From Selaginella moellendorffii (Eukaryota; Plantae; Lycopodiophyta), in contig NW_003314263.1 of NCBI RefSeq assembly GCF_000143415.4, positions 1,762,749-1,826,748 of the forward strand: DNA of 64,000 nt, given 5' to 3'. Below the pieces are notes generated by a model. That model was given only the letters and a program-made list of their open reading frames with translations. It was not told the DNA's origin and made no database searches. Of this stretch, positions 24,401 to 35,560 are shown piece by piece (the first letter of the stretch is position 1; each line of letters starts with the position of its first letter). A program made the position numbers and the translations under genes.

Positions 24401-27400
24401 AGCTGCAGAGCATGTAGTTGGAGTGTGGTGACCCAGATAATGATGGAGGTGTGAAAGCACCAGGCAATGAGTTGTAGGACTTGACAACTATGAGGCAACT
24501 AAGCAAGAGGTGCAAAATAACTAGTTAAACGGGTAGAAGGTAGCTACCCAAGACTTCTTAATAGCATAGGGAAGTCGGATATACCCTTACGGGGGATAAG
24601 TTGCTTGTGTTGCGATATAGTAAGTCAATGTCATAAAAGGAAATACTCATTGTCAAGAAAGCCATCATTGGGACACCCGAACACTCTAGAACACCAGAAG
24701 GTGGTGTTTGATATCGCAAGGGCAATGGATAAAGCCCAAGGGACTAAGTCCCTAGCAAATGATGGATAGAAGGTGCTATCCAAATATCCAAGGTTGCGGA
24801 GACAGGAGAGGACTGTCTACCCGAGTTGGACAAAGCCAAGAATGGAATTTTGGCAAGGTTAGTGATGGGCATGTAAAGGCCCATAAGCAACAATGTAATC
24901 CCAGTGTGTGGGATTATAAGGTGAGCATACCCAGATTGAGGAACCACTCCCTGGGCTATTGGGTAGGTTCATCTCTAAGAATACTTGCTAAGGCATGATA
25001 GAAAGTGCAAAACTATCCTCCTGGTCTGGAGGAGAATAACCAAAGGAAACATATGGGGCCAAAAGGCAAGTAGTATTGGGATGGAACTGAACCATAGAAA
25101 TCGAAGGGCATAACCAAGGTTGGTTATGCCAACTGGGAGTGGAGAATCAAGTGGGGGCTCGAGGGTGTTGCCGCTAACAACTGTGATGCCATGGAGAGTC
25201 TAAAATATGGAATTGTCCATGTTAGACTATGTGGCAATTGGAAAGCTTGCAAAAAGGGAGGCCTTAGCAAGCTAAGGGACAGAGTTCCTTCAAGATTCCC
25301 GAAGACGATTCTAGGTAGCTTAGTACCTAGAAAGGCCAAGTGTAAATGGTTCATGGAACGCGCGAAATCAGAGTGGCGCAGCAAAAGCGTGGTCTTGAAG
25401 CTTGCCATGAGGCAAGGCTATCAAGGTTAGGGAAGTAGTTCCCGAGTGTTCAAAGAGAGGGCTTTGAACGAAAGTCGATGGTCAAGGACTTTCACGCTTA
25501 TGCAGGAACCATGTTACAGTGGTCGGAGTACTTGCCAAGCGAGACTGGCACGTCGGGGGAACAAATACCCTAGTTGAAGGTGATAACTTCAAAAGGGGTG
25601 GGCCATGGGGCCGAGCATGGAGGAGTCCATGCATGATCACAAACTTGTCAAGTGAGAGGACTTGGCAGTGCGGGGGAACTAGGTTCCTAAGTTGTGATTT
25701 GTAGCGCGCTTTAAAAATAAGTTGGTGCACCGGCGTGGGGAGTCACGCCAGGCATCTAGTGTGATGCCGTCCGTAGATGCATATACGGAGGTTGGGTTCG
25801 AGTCCCGACCCTCTAGTGCTTGGGTTCGAGTCCCAAATCACTAGGGCGTGGTGATGGTTTGGAATATGAGGACACTCATATTTCGGTGGTCATGGACTCT
25901 CAGTGGGGAGACTGGTTTGGGCACACCGCCAAGCGAGGGATGCCTCGGAGTCGTGATGCACGGTTAGATTGCCTAGTGTGAAAGCTCGGCATATCTAACT
26001 TGAACGCTTTGGTGCAAGTGGCACCAAGGTCGTGGTGAGTGAGATGGGGACACCTAATCTCAGTTGCTATGAACCCTTGGCCGTAAGGGCTAGCTTGGGT
26101 GCACCGCCAAGTGTGGGGGATGCCCCCGGGGTTATAGTCAACAACTTGGAGGTCTAGAAAACCAAGTACCTCTTGGCAAATCTGTTAAGGTGCCAAGGTG
26201 AGATCACTAGGTGATCTTATGGCCAGATAAGGACAAGGTCCTTGGTTGGCTAAGGAATGAAGTTCCTGGTTCAAAATGTTGAAATTGAACTGTTTAAGGT
26301 GGTGTGGCTTGGTCGTGATAACCAAATGGGAAGAGCACCTAAGGGAAATAAACTATGTCCGTGCGATGGCATAGTGAGTCCGAGGAAAGTAGTCTCTATA
26401 AAAGACCCATGGGAGGGTCACGAAGTTGGGCCGTGGATAGAGCCCATAGCAGAAGATGCTAAAGAGACGTACTAGGGGTGAACATCCTCCGGACTTGGCA
26501 AAGAAGAGTCTTTGCTATGGAACCGAAACAATACCTCAAGGAGGGAGGTAGAGATTCGATGTTGCTTGGTGCAACAATCAACGGATAGGAGCAAAAGATG
26601 AGTGGCCAAGATAGGGCCGTGGAATCCCTTGGAAGGAATCCAAGTGACAAAGTTAGGCGAGGAACACTAATGTGTTGGACGCTAACAAGTTGCGGGAAAG
26701 GAAGTGTGTTTCCAAGGAGGGATTCCGAAATGCTCCGATTTGGCGAAAGTGGAAGCTCCAAGGGAGGGAGCGGTAAGGTAGCCAAATGATAGGGCCATGA
26801 ACAGCCCTAGCACAAAGTATGATAACTGGAACTTTGGCATGAAATAGAAGAGAGGATGATGGTGCCCTCGAGTAGAGAACTTCCTAGGATGGGAAGTGGA
26901 GTTGCACAAAAGGTGCAAGGCAAGGTGTCGGAGACACCTAAGAAATTGACTCCAAGAAGTCAAAATTCAAAGTTCCAAAGTGCAAAGGTTATATCGATGG
27001 AAATTGAGACTACTCGAGAAGGAGTAGTGGGACTGACTTAGAGAAGGGTCTCTAAGAGGTTTAGCGAGAACTAAACCAATAAAAGGAGAGAACCATTACA
27101 TGTGGTCCAATCAGTCTCTAAGTTGGAGAGACTACGCTCCTTAAAGGATGGACAAGGCATGGTGAGCCTTTGATGTCAAACCATAGACAAAGATTGGCTA
27201 GGTGCCAAGGATGGAAATGGTAACACGTGTGGGTGTTACTTTATGAAAGGGTTTACCGTTTGATGAGGACATTGAACTTCGTCTAGGGGTGGTGGAGTTG
27301 TGAGACACAAAATCCCTAGGCCCCAAAGTGGAGCTAGAAGGGCGCCACATGGTAGTGGCCGAAGCGAGAGCCAGACGAGCGTAACACGTTTGGACCAAAA

Positions 27401-29091
27401 GCTCCGACTTGAAAAGTCAAGAGCGGGAGTGGAACTCCCAACGAAGTGCTCGAGGAACGAGCACGAAGCGAGCAAAAGGCGAGGCTCCAAAAAGGGACCC
27501 AAAAGGACCAACACATGACACGTGGGAGTGTCCGAGATGGACTCGACTTGGAGTCCGAAGTGGAGTCCGAGATGGACTCGAGTTGGAGTCCGAAGTGGAG
27601 TCCGAGATGGACCCGAGTTGGAGTCCGAAGTGGAGTCCGAGATGGACCCGAGATGGAGTCCGAGATGGAGTCCGAAGTGGAGTCCGAGGTGGACCCAAGA
27701 TGGACCCGAGTTGGAGTCCAAAGTGGAGTCCGAGATGGAGTCCGAGATGGAGTCCGAGATGGAGTCCGAGTTGGAGTCCGAGGTGGACCCGAGATGGACC
27801 CGAGTTGGAGTCCGAAGTGGAGTCCGAGATGGACCCGAGATGGAGTCTGAGATGGAGTCCGAGGTGGACCCGAGATGGACCCGAAATGGAGTCCGAGATG
27901 GAGTCCGAGATGGACCCGAGATGGAGTCCGAGATGGAGTCCGAGACCGGGACCGAGACCGAGACCGAGACCGAGATCGGGACCGAGACCGAGACCGAGGC
28001 CGAGGCCGAGACCGAGCCCGAGCCCGAGTCCGAGTCCGAATCCGAGTCCGAGTCCGAGTCCGAGTCCGAGTCCGAGTCCGAGTCCGGAGCCTGAGAGGGT
28101 GAAAGCCCAAAGCGTTCGTCTCCCAGACCCTAGGGGGTTTGGTGAGCCCCAAAAGTATAGTAGGGGGAGGACTGCAATGGAGCCAGTTTGGCCAGGAAAG
28201 GCCAGTTTGGCCCAGGAAGGCCGGACCCAGTGTTGGGTGATGAGCTGCCCACTGGGAAGTCCAAGACTAGAGTGAACACGGACCGACAAGCGGGGTAGCT
28301 TGGTGAGGTGTTCAAGAGCCGGCTCTAGTTCCCCCGGGAGATCGACTGGCCGATGCTCCCAGTCCAAGTGTGGGTGGCACTACCTACTTGGATACCTGGT
28401 GTGGCTCAAACGGAACCCACGTCTAAGCCCATGGCTAGAGCACCCAAGGGCAGAAGGCGAGGAGAGTACCCAGGTGGCTTGCGTAAGCCCACGGTGTTCC
28501 GAAATGTTGTCCCAAAGGCCCAGACTGTGGAAAGGAAGAGGAGCAGTCCTCTGGGGTAGTGACCAAGGACACAGTCGTGTGGTGAGGAAGTCCCAGAGGA
28601 CTGTGGGACTTAGTGGTCGGGCCTGTGGGTCTTGATCCAGTGGCAGTGTTGGCAAACACGGCCAGGGGCAGAAAGGGACTTAGTGGGGACTGACAGAGGG
28701 ATTTTGGGGAAGGCTATTCCCCTTGTCGGTGGGCATCCTAAGGATGTTAAGGAGTGGATCTGAGATGACCACTCACGGATGGTTTGCCTAGTCTTGGAGA
28801 GCCAAGACTGTGATGCAAGTGGTATTGGACTACCAGTGTGGCAAAGGTGATTGGGTATGGCCTTAGCGTAACGGGCTGCTATGTCGGTGGTACCTTTGAG
28901 TGTCGGTCATGGGATCGGATGCGTGGAGCACTTGGACCCAGTGCAAATGTTGAGTGGCATGGATGCCATTCTCGGGGCTAGCAAGTCCCAAGTCCTGGAT
29001 TGGACTTATGGAGGTTGTGAATGAGACTCCTCCAAATGGTCAGAGGTGTGGTTAAGTGACTAAAGTAGAATGGAAAATTTAGTCGCTTACA
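21468..29091 (+). mobile_element. Full-length non-autonomous LTR retrotransposon (LARD-like), young
   Basis: LTRs 21468-23247 and 27299-29091, near-identical, TG...CA; TSD CTCAC (21463-21467, 29092-29096); PBS TGGTATCGGAGC at 23251-23262 (tRNA-iMet type); PPT 27285-27298; ~4-kb interior without recognisable gag/pol ORF. Confidence 0.95.
21700..22246 (+). repeat. LTR-internal minisatellite (GAGATGGAGTCC)n / (GAGACC)n / (GAGTCC)n
   Basis: Same array at 18707-19257, 27530-28088, ~46960-47430, 51810-52100, 57840-58090; related array at 61560-61820. Confidence 0.95.
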
Positions 29092-29511
29092 CTCACATGA
29101 GAGAATGGTAGCGTGCCAACGTGCTCTACCACTATAATGTGGTTTATATTTCCTTGCAATTTATTTCCCTAGACATTTGGCATGTGTAGGAAAGAATATA
29201 TGTGTAGCAAAGTAGGATTCATCATAATGATAGAGCATGTGTATACATAATAATCTAAAATTCTAGAAGCTCTTATGTTTACAAGAAAGCTATGATTATG
29301 AAGCCCCATTTCCAAGACTGACATTTAAAGAATCTGAGTATTGTCAGTGTCATAATAAATAAACCTCATTCCCAAGAATCTGAGTATTTTCAGTGTCATA
29401 ATAAATAAACCTCATTCCCAAGACTAAAACTTAGTATATAAACTATCTAGAAAAATTATAGTCATTGTAGGTTTTTTGTTCTCCTTGAGCTCCTTAGAAG
29501 TTTATATTGAA

Positions 29512-30058
29512 ATGGCTCAAAGGAGACCCATTGCTAATCGTACTTGGCCCCCTAGCATTTCATATCAATCTCCACCTCCATCCCCAAGTTCTACCAACAT
29601 TCCACCTTCACCTCCACATAACAATCCTTTTTTTGCTGAGGGCTCTAATGAAGCTGAATTAGAGCTCCCTATATGTGAAATTCCGGATCTTGCTACTAAA
29701 GAGGGATTGCCTCTAGAGCTTCAAAGAGCAATGCCACATGTTTTTGCAAGATCTTGCTCCTGACATGGCGGGACTACTTAAAAGCACAAAACACTATTAC
29801 ATTCGGTGTCCAATATGCTACTTTTTCTTGGACAAGACAAATGGCTTTATGGGTTTACAAACTTTTCTTGAGCACTATAAGAATTGCCCAATGGCAGGTC
29901 TAGAAAATGTGCACGTGTGGATGTACAATAGATTCAAGAATGAGTTATAGACACATACCCACTATCGCTTCATGGTGAGGAACAACATCCCCTTGGGAAA
30001 CACTGTATTGGCTAGTGCAAAATATGGGGTTTTTAGGCCACCCTATGGTAGAATGTAA
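29512..30058 (+). pseudogene. Pro-rich + C2HC zinc-finger-like cargo gene of the MULE element
   Basis: TATATAAA at ~29436; ATG 29512; frameshift near 29740 into YIRCPICYFF...LEHYKNCP; internal TAG at 29948-29950. Confidence 0.45.
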
Positions 30059-30351
30059 GATTTAGAATTACTTTACTATACTATAGTATTGTCACTATTA
30101 AAAGAAAAAATATAATAAAATGATATTAGTTGTAGGTAACATACCTTGTTTTAGAAGGTGCTATCATATCACATACAATTGTTTACAAAATGTTGAAGGA
30201 GGAGATGGCAACACACAAGCACTACAAAGTGATGGTGACAGGTGAGAATGATAATCTATAATTATGGTATTTGACACTGACACTAACATCTAACAATTTT
30301 ACTGACATCTGACACTTTCACTGACATCTAACATATAACAAGCTTTCCATT

Positions 30352-33300
30352 TTATGTAAGGATGAAATTAACTTTCTTCTGCCTCATCATCAACATAATG
30401 ATTTCTTTTATACTTCCTCCTATATTAGTATTGTGGGGAAGATTCACCTTGCATATGTTGAGCCATAGCTTCTGCATAGTCAGGGAGACTTCCAAAGCCT
30501 CAAATTCTAGAAACTCCAAGTGACTGTGATCTATAAAATAGAATGAAATATATATTGAAATTTTAATAAACATAATTTACCTCCTTGAGGTTGAAGGCAA
30601 CTCACAAAATCCTCTAAGCTGGCGTTTGAAGAAATGATGTTCTTCAATAGCAAACACCAACCTACCAGAGTCACGTGCTGCCTCCACCATAGAATCGCTA
30701 CCTGCTGTGCAATCAATCACAACACCATCTGGTGGGCAATAGAGCTCAAGCAAGACTTGCATTGCCGATGGAGTTCGGAATCGGTACCCTGGAAACGTGT
30801 TGCGAATCTGCTCATCCACAAGGTTGGGTATGATGTTAGTGGAACTGTCGTACCTAGGCAAAACACGTGCTGCACATTCACTATTACGAAACCCATCTTG
30901 TGTGTTTCTGCAGAAGGCATGATAGGTCCACATCATAACCTGGAAAATAAAAATGTTTAGAAATTAGATAAAAATATAAAATACATACTCACCTTTTCAA
31001 GCTTCCCTTGGACACCCCTCGTATCAACGCCAATAGGATCCATGATGCACCCGGAAGAGAATGACTTGAAATGAACTTCTACTGCGCACGTTATAAGCTC
31101 ATACATCCAGTTGGGGTTGTTCGGTAGGATGAAGACAACATGGCTAGCTTCGAGCATAAGTGCTTCGGAAAATAGGAATGCATCGCGCAAGTGGTCAGGT
31201 GTGAGAAAGTTCCAATCCTCAACTTTCCCATTGATATCTGAAAGACCATCTGGAAAGTCGAAGAGAATGAAGTTCGCAACTGGGAGCATGGGCCTTTGTA
31301 TCTTTCGGCACCAACGGTTGAACTGGTGGCATATATCCATGTTGATGTCATCTTCCGTGAAAGATGTCAATAATCTATTGTAAGAGCCAATGAAGATACC
31401 CACAATGCCTCATTGTGTTATTGGGGACACAGGACGGACCTATAAAAGAGCTAAGTGAATGAAAAAAGTAATAAATAGTATGATACCGTCATATGGCGTG
31501 TTGTCGATGAGAGTTCCTCCAACTCCTCTTCACGAGCATCTCGTCGAGCTGGAATGAAATTACTACCAACAGTCATTGCTGCAAAAAATATATATTACCA
31601 CTTTAGTTTGTAAAATTCACTTTTGCTTACCTCGAGGTCGACGTGATATTCTGTGAACCACTTGATCATCATTATTTACTGGTAGAACCTGATCCGGATC
31701 TTGGTTGTTTGATGGTTGAATTGGAACCTGTTCCTGACTGTCTGGTGGTGGAACATGAACTTGATTTGGAGCTTCCTCATCCTCGTCTCCATCGTCACTT
31801 GCATTGCCATCGTTGCTAGCATTGATAATTTCCTCGCGATCTAGTGTAGAGGTCTCCTTCCCTAGGAGCTCCAACTCCCAAGGGCATTCTATCTTCCGTG
31901 CCTTCAGAACTCTCGCAAACATTGTTGGGTACATTCCTCCATCCTTTACACCCTTTGCAACAAGTCGAGTGCAAACTGGTGCCTCAAATGGCATACCTCT
32001 ATATTGAAGATACCTATAAACAATATATATTAAAAAATAGTCTTAGAAATCATATTATACCCATAAGCTACATGTCGCATGAAATAAGGTTGACCATGTT
32101 GGCAATCATAAGTTGTTGTGCTTGTAGACTTCTCTGGCAACCACCCCTCTTCGATCCCTTCCAATGACATGTTGATATAGGTGTCGAAAGATATGAATGT
32201 GCCATCTGGATCGTCACCAATGTGTGGTGCCAAGAACTTCTCACCTTCACTTATAGTTTGCGTGATGTAAACAGCCCTTCTCATCATGTTCTCAAATAGT
32301 TCTGGTAGTCCTTTCTCTCTATTCATCAAGTAGACATTGAGGAACTCCAGAGTCTCTATCTGTTGCTTATATGGAAGCTTCAATTTTGCAATATTGTAAA
32401 TCATGTCATCTAGAGTTTTGTTCACTACAAAAGTAACATATGCATAATTAAGAAAAATGAAGTGTGATAAAAAACTTACATTCATGAGAAGAAATTTCGG
32501 CTATAGTTTCTAGCCACTCCTTCGGCCTGCGATTGTTTGCAATGCATACTAGTTTCTTCAACTTTGAGGACTTTGCATGCTGAATTTTGTGCTCAATTTG
32601 TACAAACTCGGCTGAGAGCTCTTCCCGACTCTTCTCCGGATATGCAAGTTCGTAAGCATCCTGCTTGACCTTCACCAAAGGCTAAAAACCAAAACAATTA
32701 AAAGAGGCTTTTATAAAATAAAGGGAAAGACATACCTTACACCACACAACGAGCATAAAACTGATTGGGTTGTTGAACCAAGTTGTACCATCATGTCGAG
32801 TGCGTGAGTGCCGAACAAGTGTTGCGAGATCATCACCATAATGTTGGTAGATGTCATCCTCACTCAAGTCTGCCAAAAATTGAAGTTGCTCGATGTCATG
32901 GACAAGATTTTGTTTTTGAACAACGAACTGCCCAAACCTACATTTAAACACAACAAAACAAGTTAAAGTGGAGTTAAAGGTAAAATCATAAAACTTACGC
33001 ATTGATCTTTTGGCAGGCCAAGATAAGTCTATTGACATCCAAATGTCCCCTCGCGTAGAGATGGCCGACTGGAACGTTGATATGGTAGACGGGATCATCG
33101 CGAAAATGATCGTCGATACACTTCATCCAAGCTCCATATCGGTGGTTACCATCAATAATTTGGAACATTGTCCCCGCAAGCTGTCGAGTCTTAGGATGTC
33201 TGATAAGCATGTCATCAAATTCTAGGGACTTCCTCCTCCAAATAGGATCCCAGCTATTCACAATCTCGGGTGTGACAGTAATGATCTCCGTTGTTCCTAG

Positions 33301-33974
33301 CTTGCAAAAAGAGACTAGAAACATACCGATATTTGTTGCAAGGCCATTCTGTTTGAACAAGCTATATATATGACATACTTGGATGCTATGTGGACAAGGT
33401 TCGTCTGCTGCAAACGGCAAAGGGGGATTTCTCTAATCAAGTCACAAGGGCCTGGCCACTTGAGCGCCTCAAGTGTTTGGTGAACTGCTTTTTCCCTTGT
33501 CAGCATAACAGTCTCTTGGAAGCGCTTGTCCACCACGTTGTCAGGAAGGTCTGCAACTCTTTCAGCTTTAGGCTGTTCCTCAAGTTCCCTATCGTGAACA
33601 GCACTAGATTGCCCAACTTCAGGGATTTGCGTTGGTGGTGGTGGCAGTAGTGGCGGGGGCAGAGGCAATAGTGGCAATGGTGGTGGCAATGGTGGTGGTG
33701 GCGATGGCAACAGGGGCAAAGGCAATAGTGGCAGTGGTGGTGGCAATGGTGGTGGTGGCGGTGGCGATGGAGGTGGTGGAGGTGGTGATGGAGGTGGTGG
33801 AGGTGGTGATGGTAGAGGTGATGGTGGTGGAGGTGGTGAATTTCTAACTAAATGTATCTTTGTTGTGCCAATGGACATGTCAATTGTGATGTCGTTGTCA
33901 GTGCCAAATTGAACTTCTTGTGTCTTCTTGGCTCCAACAACCTTTTTATGTGTTACAATTTTCCTTTTTTGCAA
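30352..33974 (-). pseudogene. Multi-exon Pro-rich + ParB/Srx-like + beta-class DNA amino-methyltransferase-like gene
   Basis: ParB-like FQIIDGNHRYGAW (~33130-33170); motif-IV-like NFILFDFPDG (~31250-31275); motif X/I-like TPSAMQVLLELYCPPDGVVIDCTAGSDSMVEAARDSGRLVFAIE (~30640-30775). GT-AG introns e.g. 32939-32998, 30940-30991. Frameshift ~33390, TGA at 31409-31411. Confidence 0.75.
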
Positions 33975-34062
33975 GAGAAAAAGTTTTGTTAGTCAAACTA
34001 AATAAAGATAATGAGAAATTCAAATAGTCAAAGAGAAAAAAAAAATCAAATGGGCCTAGACT

Positions 34063-34146
34063 CCACCTCGGGCACTTTGGTTGCCCAGGGGGCCGAGGTT
34101 ATTCAAATAACCTCGGCCCCTTGGCAAGAAAAACTGCCCGAGGTGG
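34063..34146. repeat. 84-bp GC-rich hairpin
   Basis: CCACCTCGGGCA/TGCCCGAGGTGG, TTGCC/GGCAA, GGGGCCGAGGTTATT/AATAACCTCGGCCCC. Confidence 0.85.
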
Positions 34147-34314
34147 CCGGCCCGAGCTTGACCTCGGCCAGCAAAGAAGCAATCACGAAAAAAAAAGGGA
34201 AGCAATGGAATGGAAGCAATGGACTCAAAAAATGGAAGTGGAAGCAATCAAATTGAAACTCACCCTTGGTGGCATCATTCCTCCCTCGATTTCTTGATCG
34301 TGCTAGATTTCTTG

Positions 34315-34620
34315 TGTGCTCAATCTCTCCCGCTTGCGCACTCAATCTCTCCGGAACTCTCCCACTCGCGCGCTCAATCTCTCCCTCTCGTGCGCTCAAA
34401 CTCTCCCACTTGCGCGCTCAATCTCTCCCGCTCATGCACTCAATCTCTCGATCTCTTGCGTGCTCAATCGCTCAATCTCCTTCGCGCTCAATCCCTAGAT
34501 CTCCTTCATGCTCAATCTCTCGATCTCTCGCGCGCTCCACTCACGATGCGAATAATAACCTAATCTTGGCGGCTACCCTAACCCTAATCCTGACGGCTAC
34601 CCTAACCCTAACCAATCTCT
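34315..34620 (+). repeat. ~19-bp tandem GCGCTCAATCTCTC repeats followed by AACCCTA(A) telo-box-like repeats
   Basis: About 10 units visible at 34315-34530; ACCCTAACCCTAA at 34575-34612. Confidence 0.8.
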
Positions 34621-35560
34621 AATCCTGGCCATTCATTCCGAATAACCTAAATCTCAACCATCACAATATCTTTGATCTTATTTTATCTTATCATTATTAT
34701 TATATGTAAATTATGCTTCTTTATTTTGTATATTTTAATGATGGTATAACTAGCACTTATCAACATTTCTATTATTAGAGATATGATATTATATTTTACA
34801 AATTATCTAGAAAGGATGCATTCTCATCAAAATTTTGTACATATTTTGGAATCATTACAAGAACTTCAAAGAGTATAAATAAGGCACGTTAAAATATATT
34901 GTACTATATCCATCTATGAATGGATGAATCCTCATCCAGAAATTTATTTTGTGTTGTATCAGATCCTAAACAATAGGCACGTGCTTTAAATGTCATTGAG
35001 CAGTGTTCACAATTATTTATAAAACTTGAGTTGTACTACGAATCAAATCTGTTATTGAAGAATAAGATTTGACAAGATTTATTATCATCTACCACTAAAA
35101 ATTTGACAACTTGACATATCACACATGCTGATAGTTAGATTGGATCTCTTGGTTTGACACGTTATAGCAAAATGTCATTACTGGTATCATTATTAACTAT
35201 CAAACTTCACGTGCTGAAAATCTTTCCTTGGATCTATGTGTATACATGCATCAGACATCATAATAGATGACATTATTAATATTAATACTGTCACACTTAC
35301 ACATGTTAAATTTGCTATAGAATTTAAATTCATTTTGTACGTTGTCTTCTTATTACTCTATTTAAATTTCAATTATGTTTCACTATAGATTTTTCCAAGT
35401 AGCATAAAGAGAGAGAACTCCAAAACCTATTGAAAAGGATGGAGAGGTTTCTTCTTCATTTTCGAGATCATCCACCTCTTTCATTCTCTCAGAGTATTGT
35501 TTCTGAAAGATTTTATGTCGGCGTTTTGATCTTCGTCTTGGCTCTATTTCTTTAGAGGCT

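Noticed and set aside
25790-25836. tRNA gene
   Set aside because: Only T-arm-like hairpins; no acceptor stem, D-arm or anticodon arm seen.
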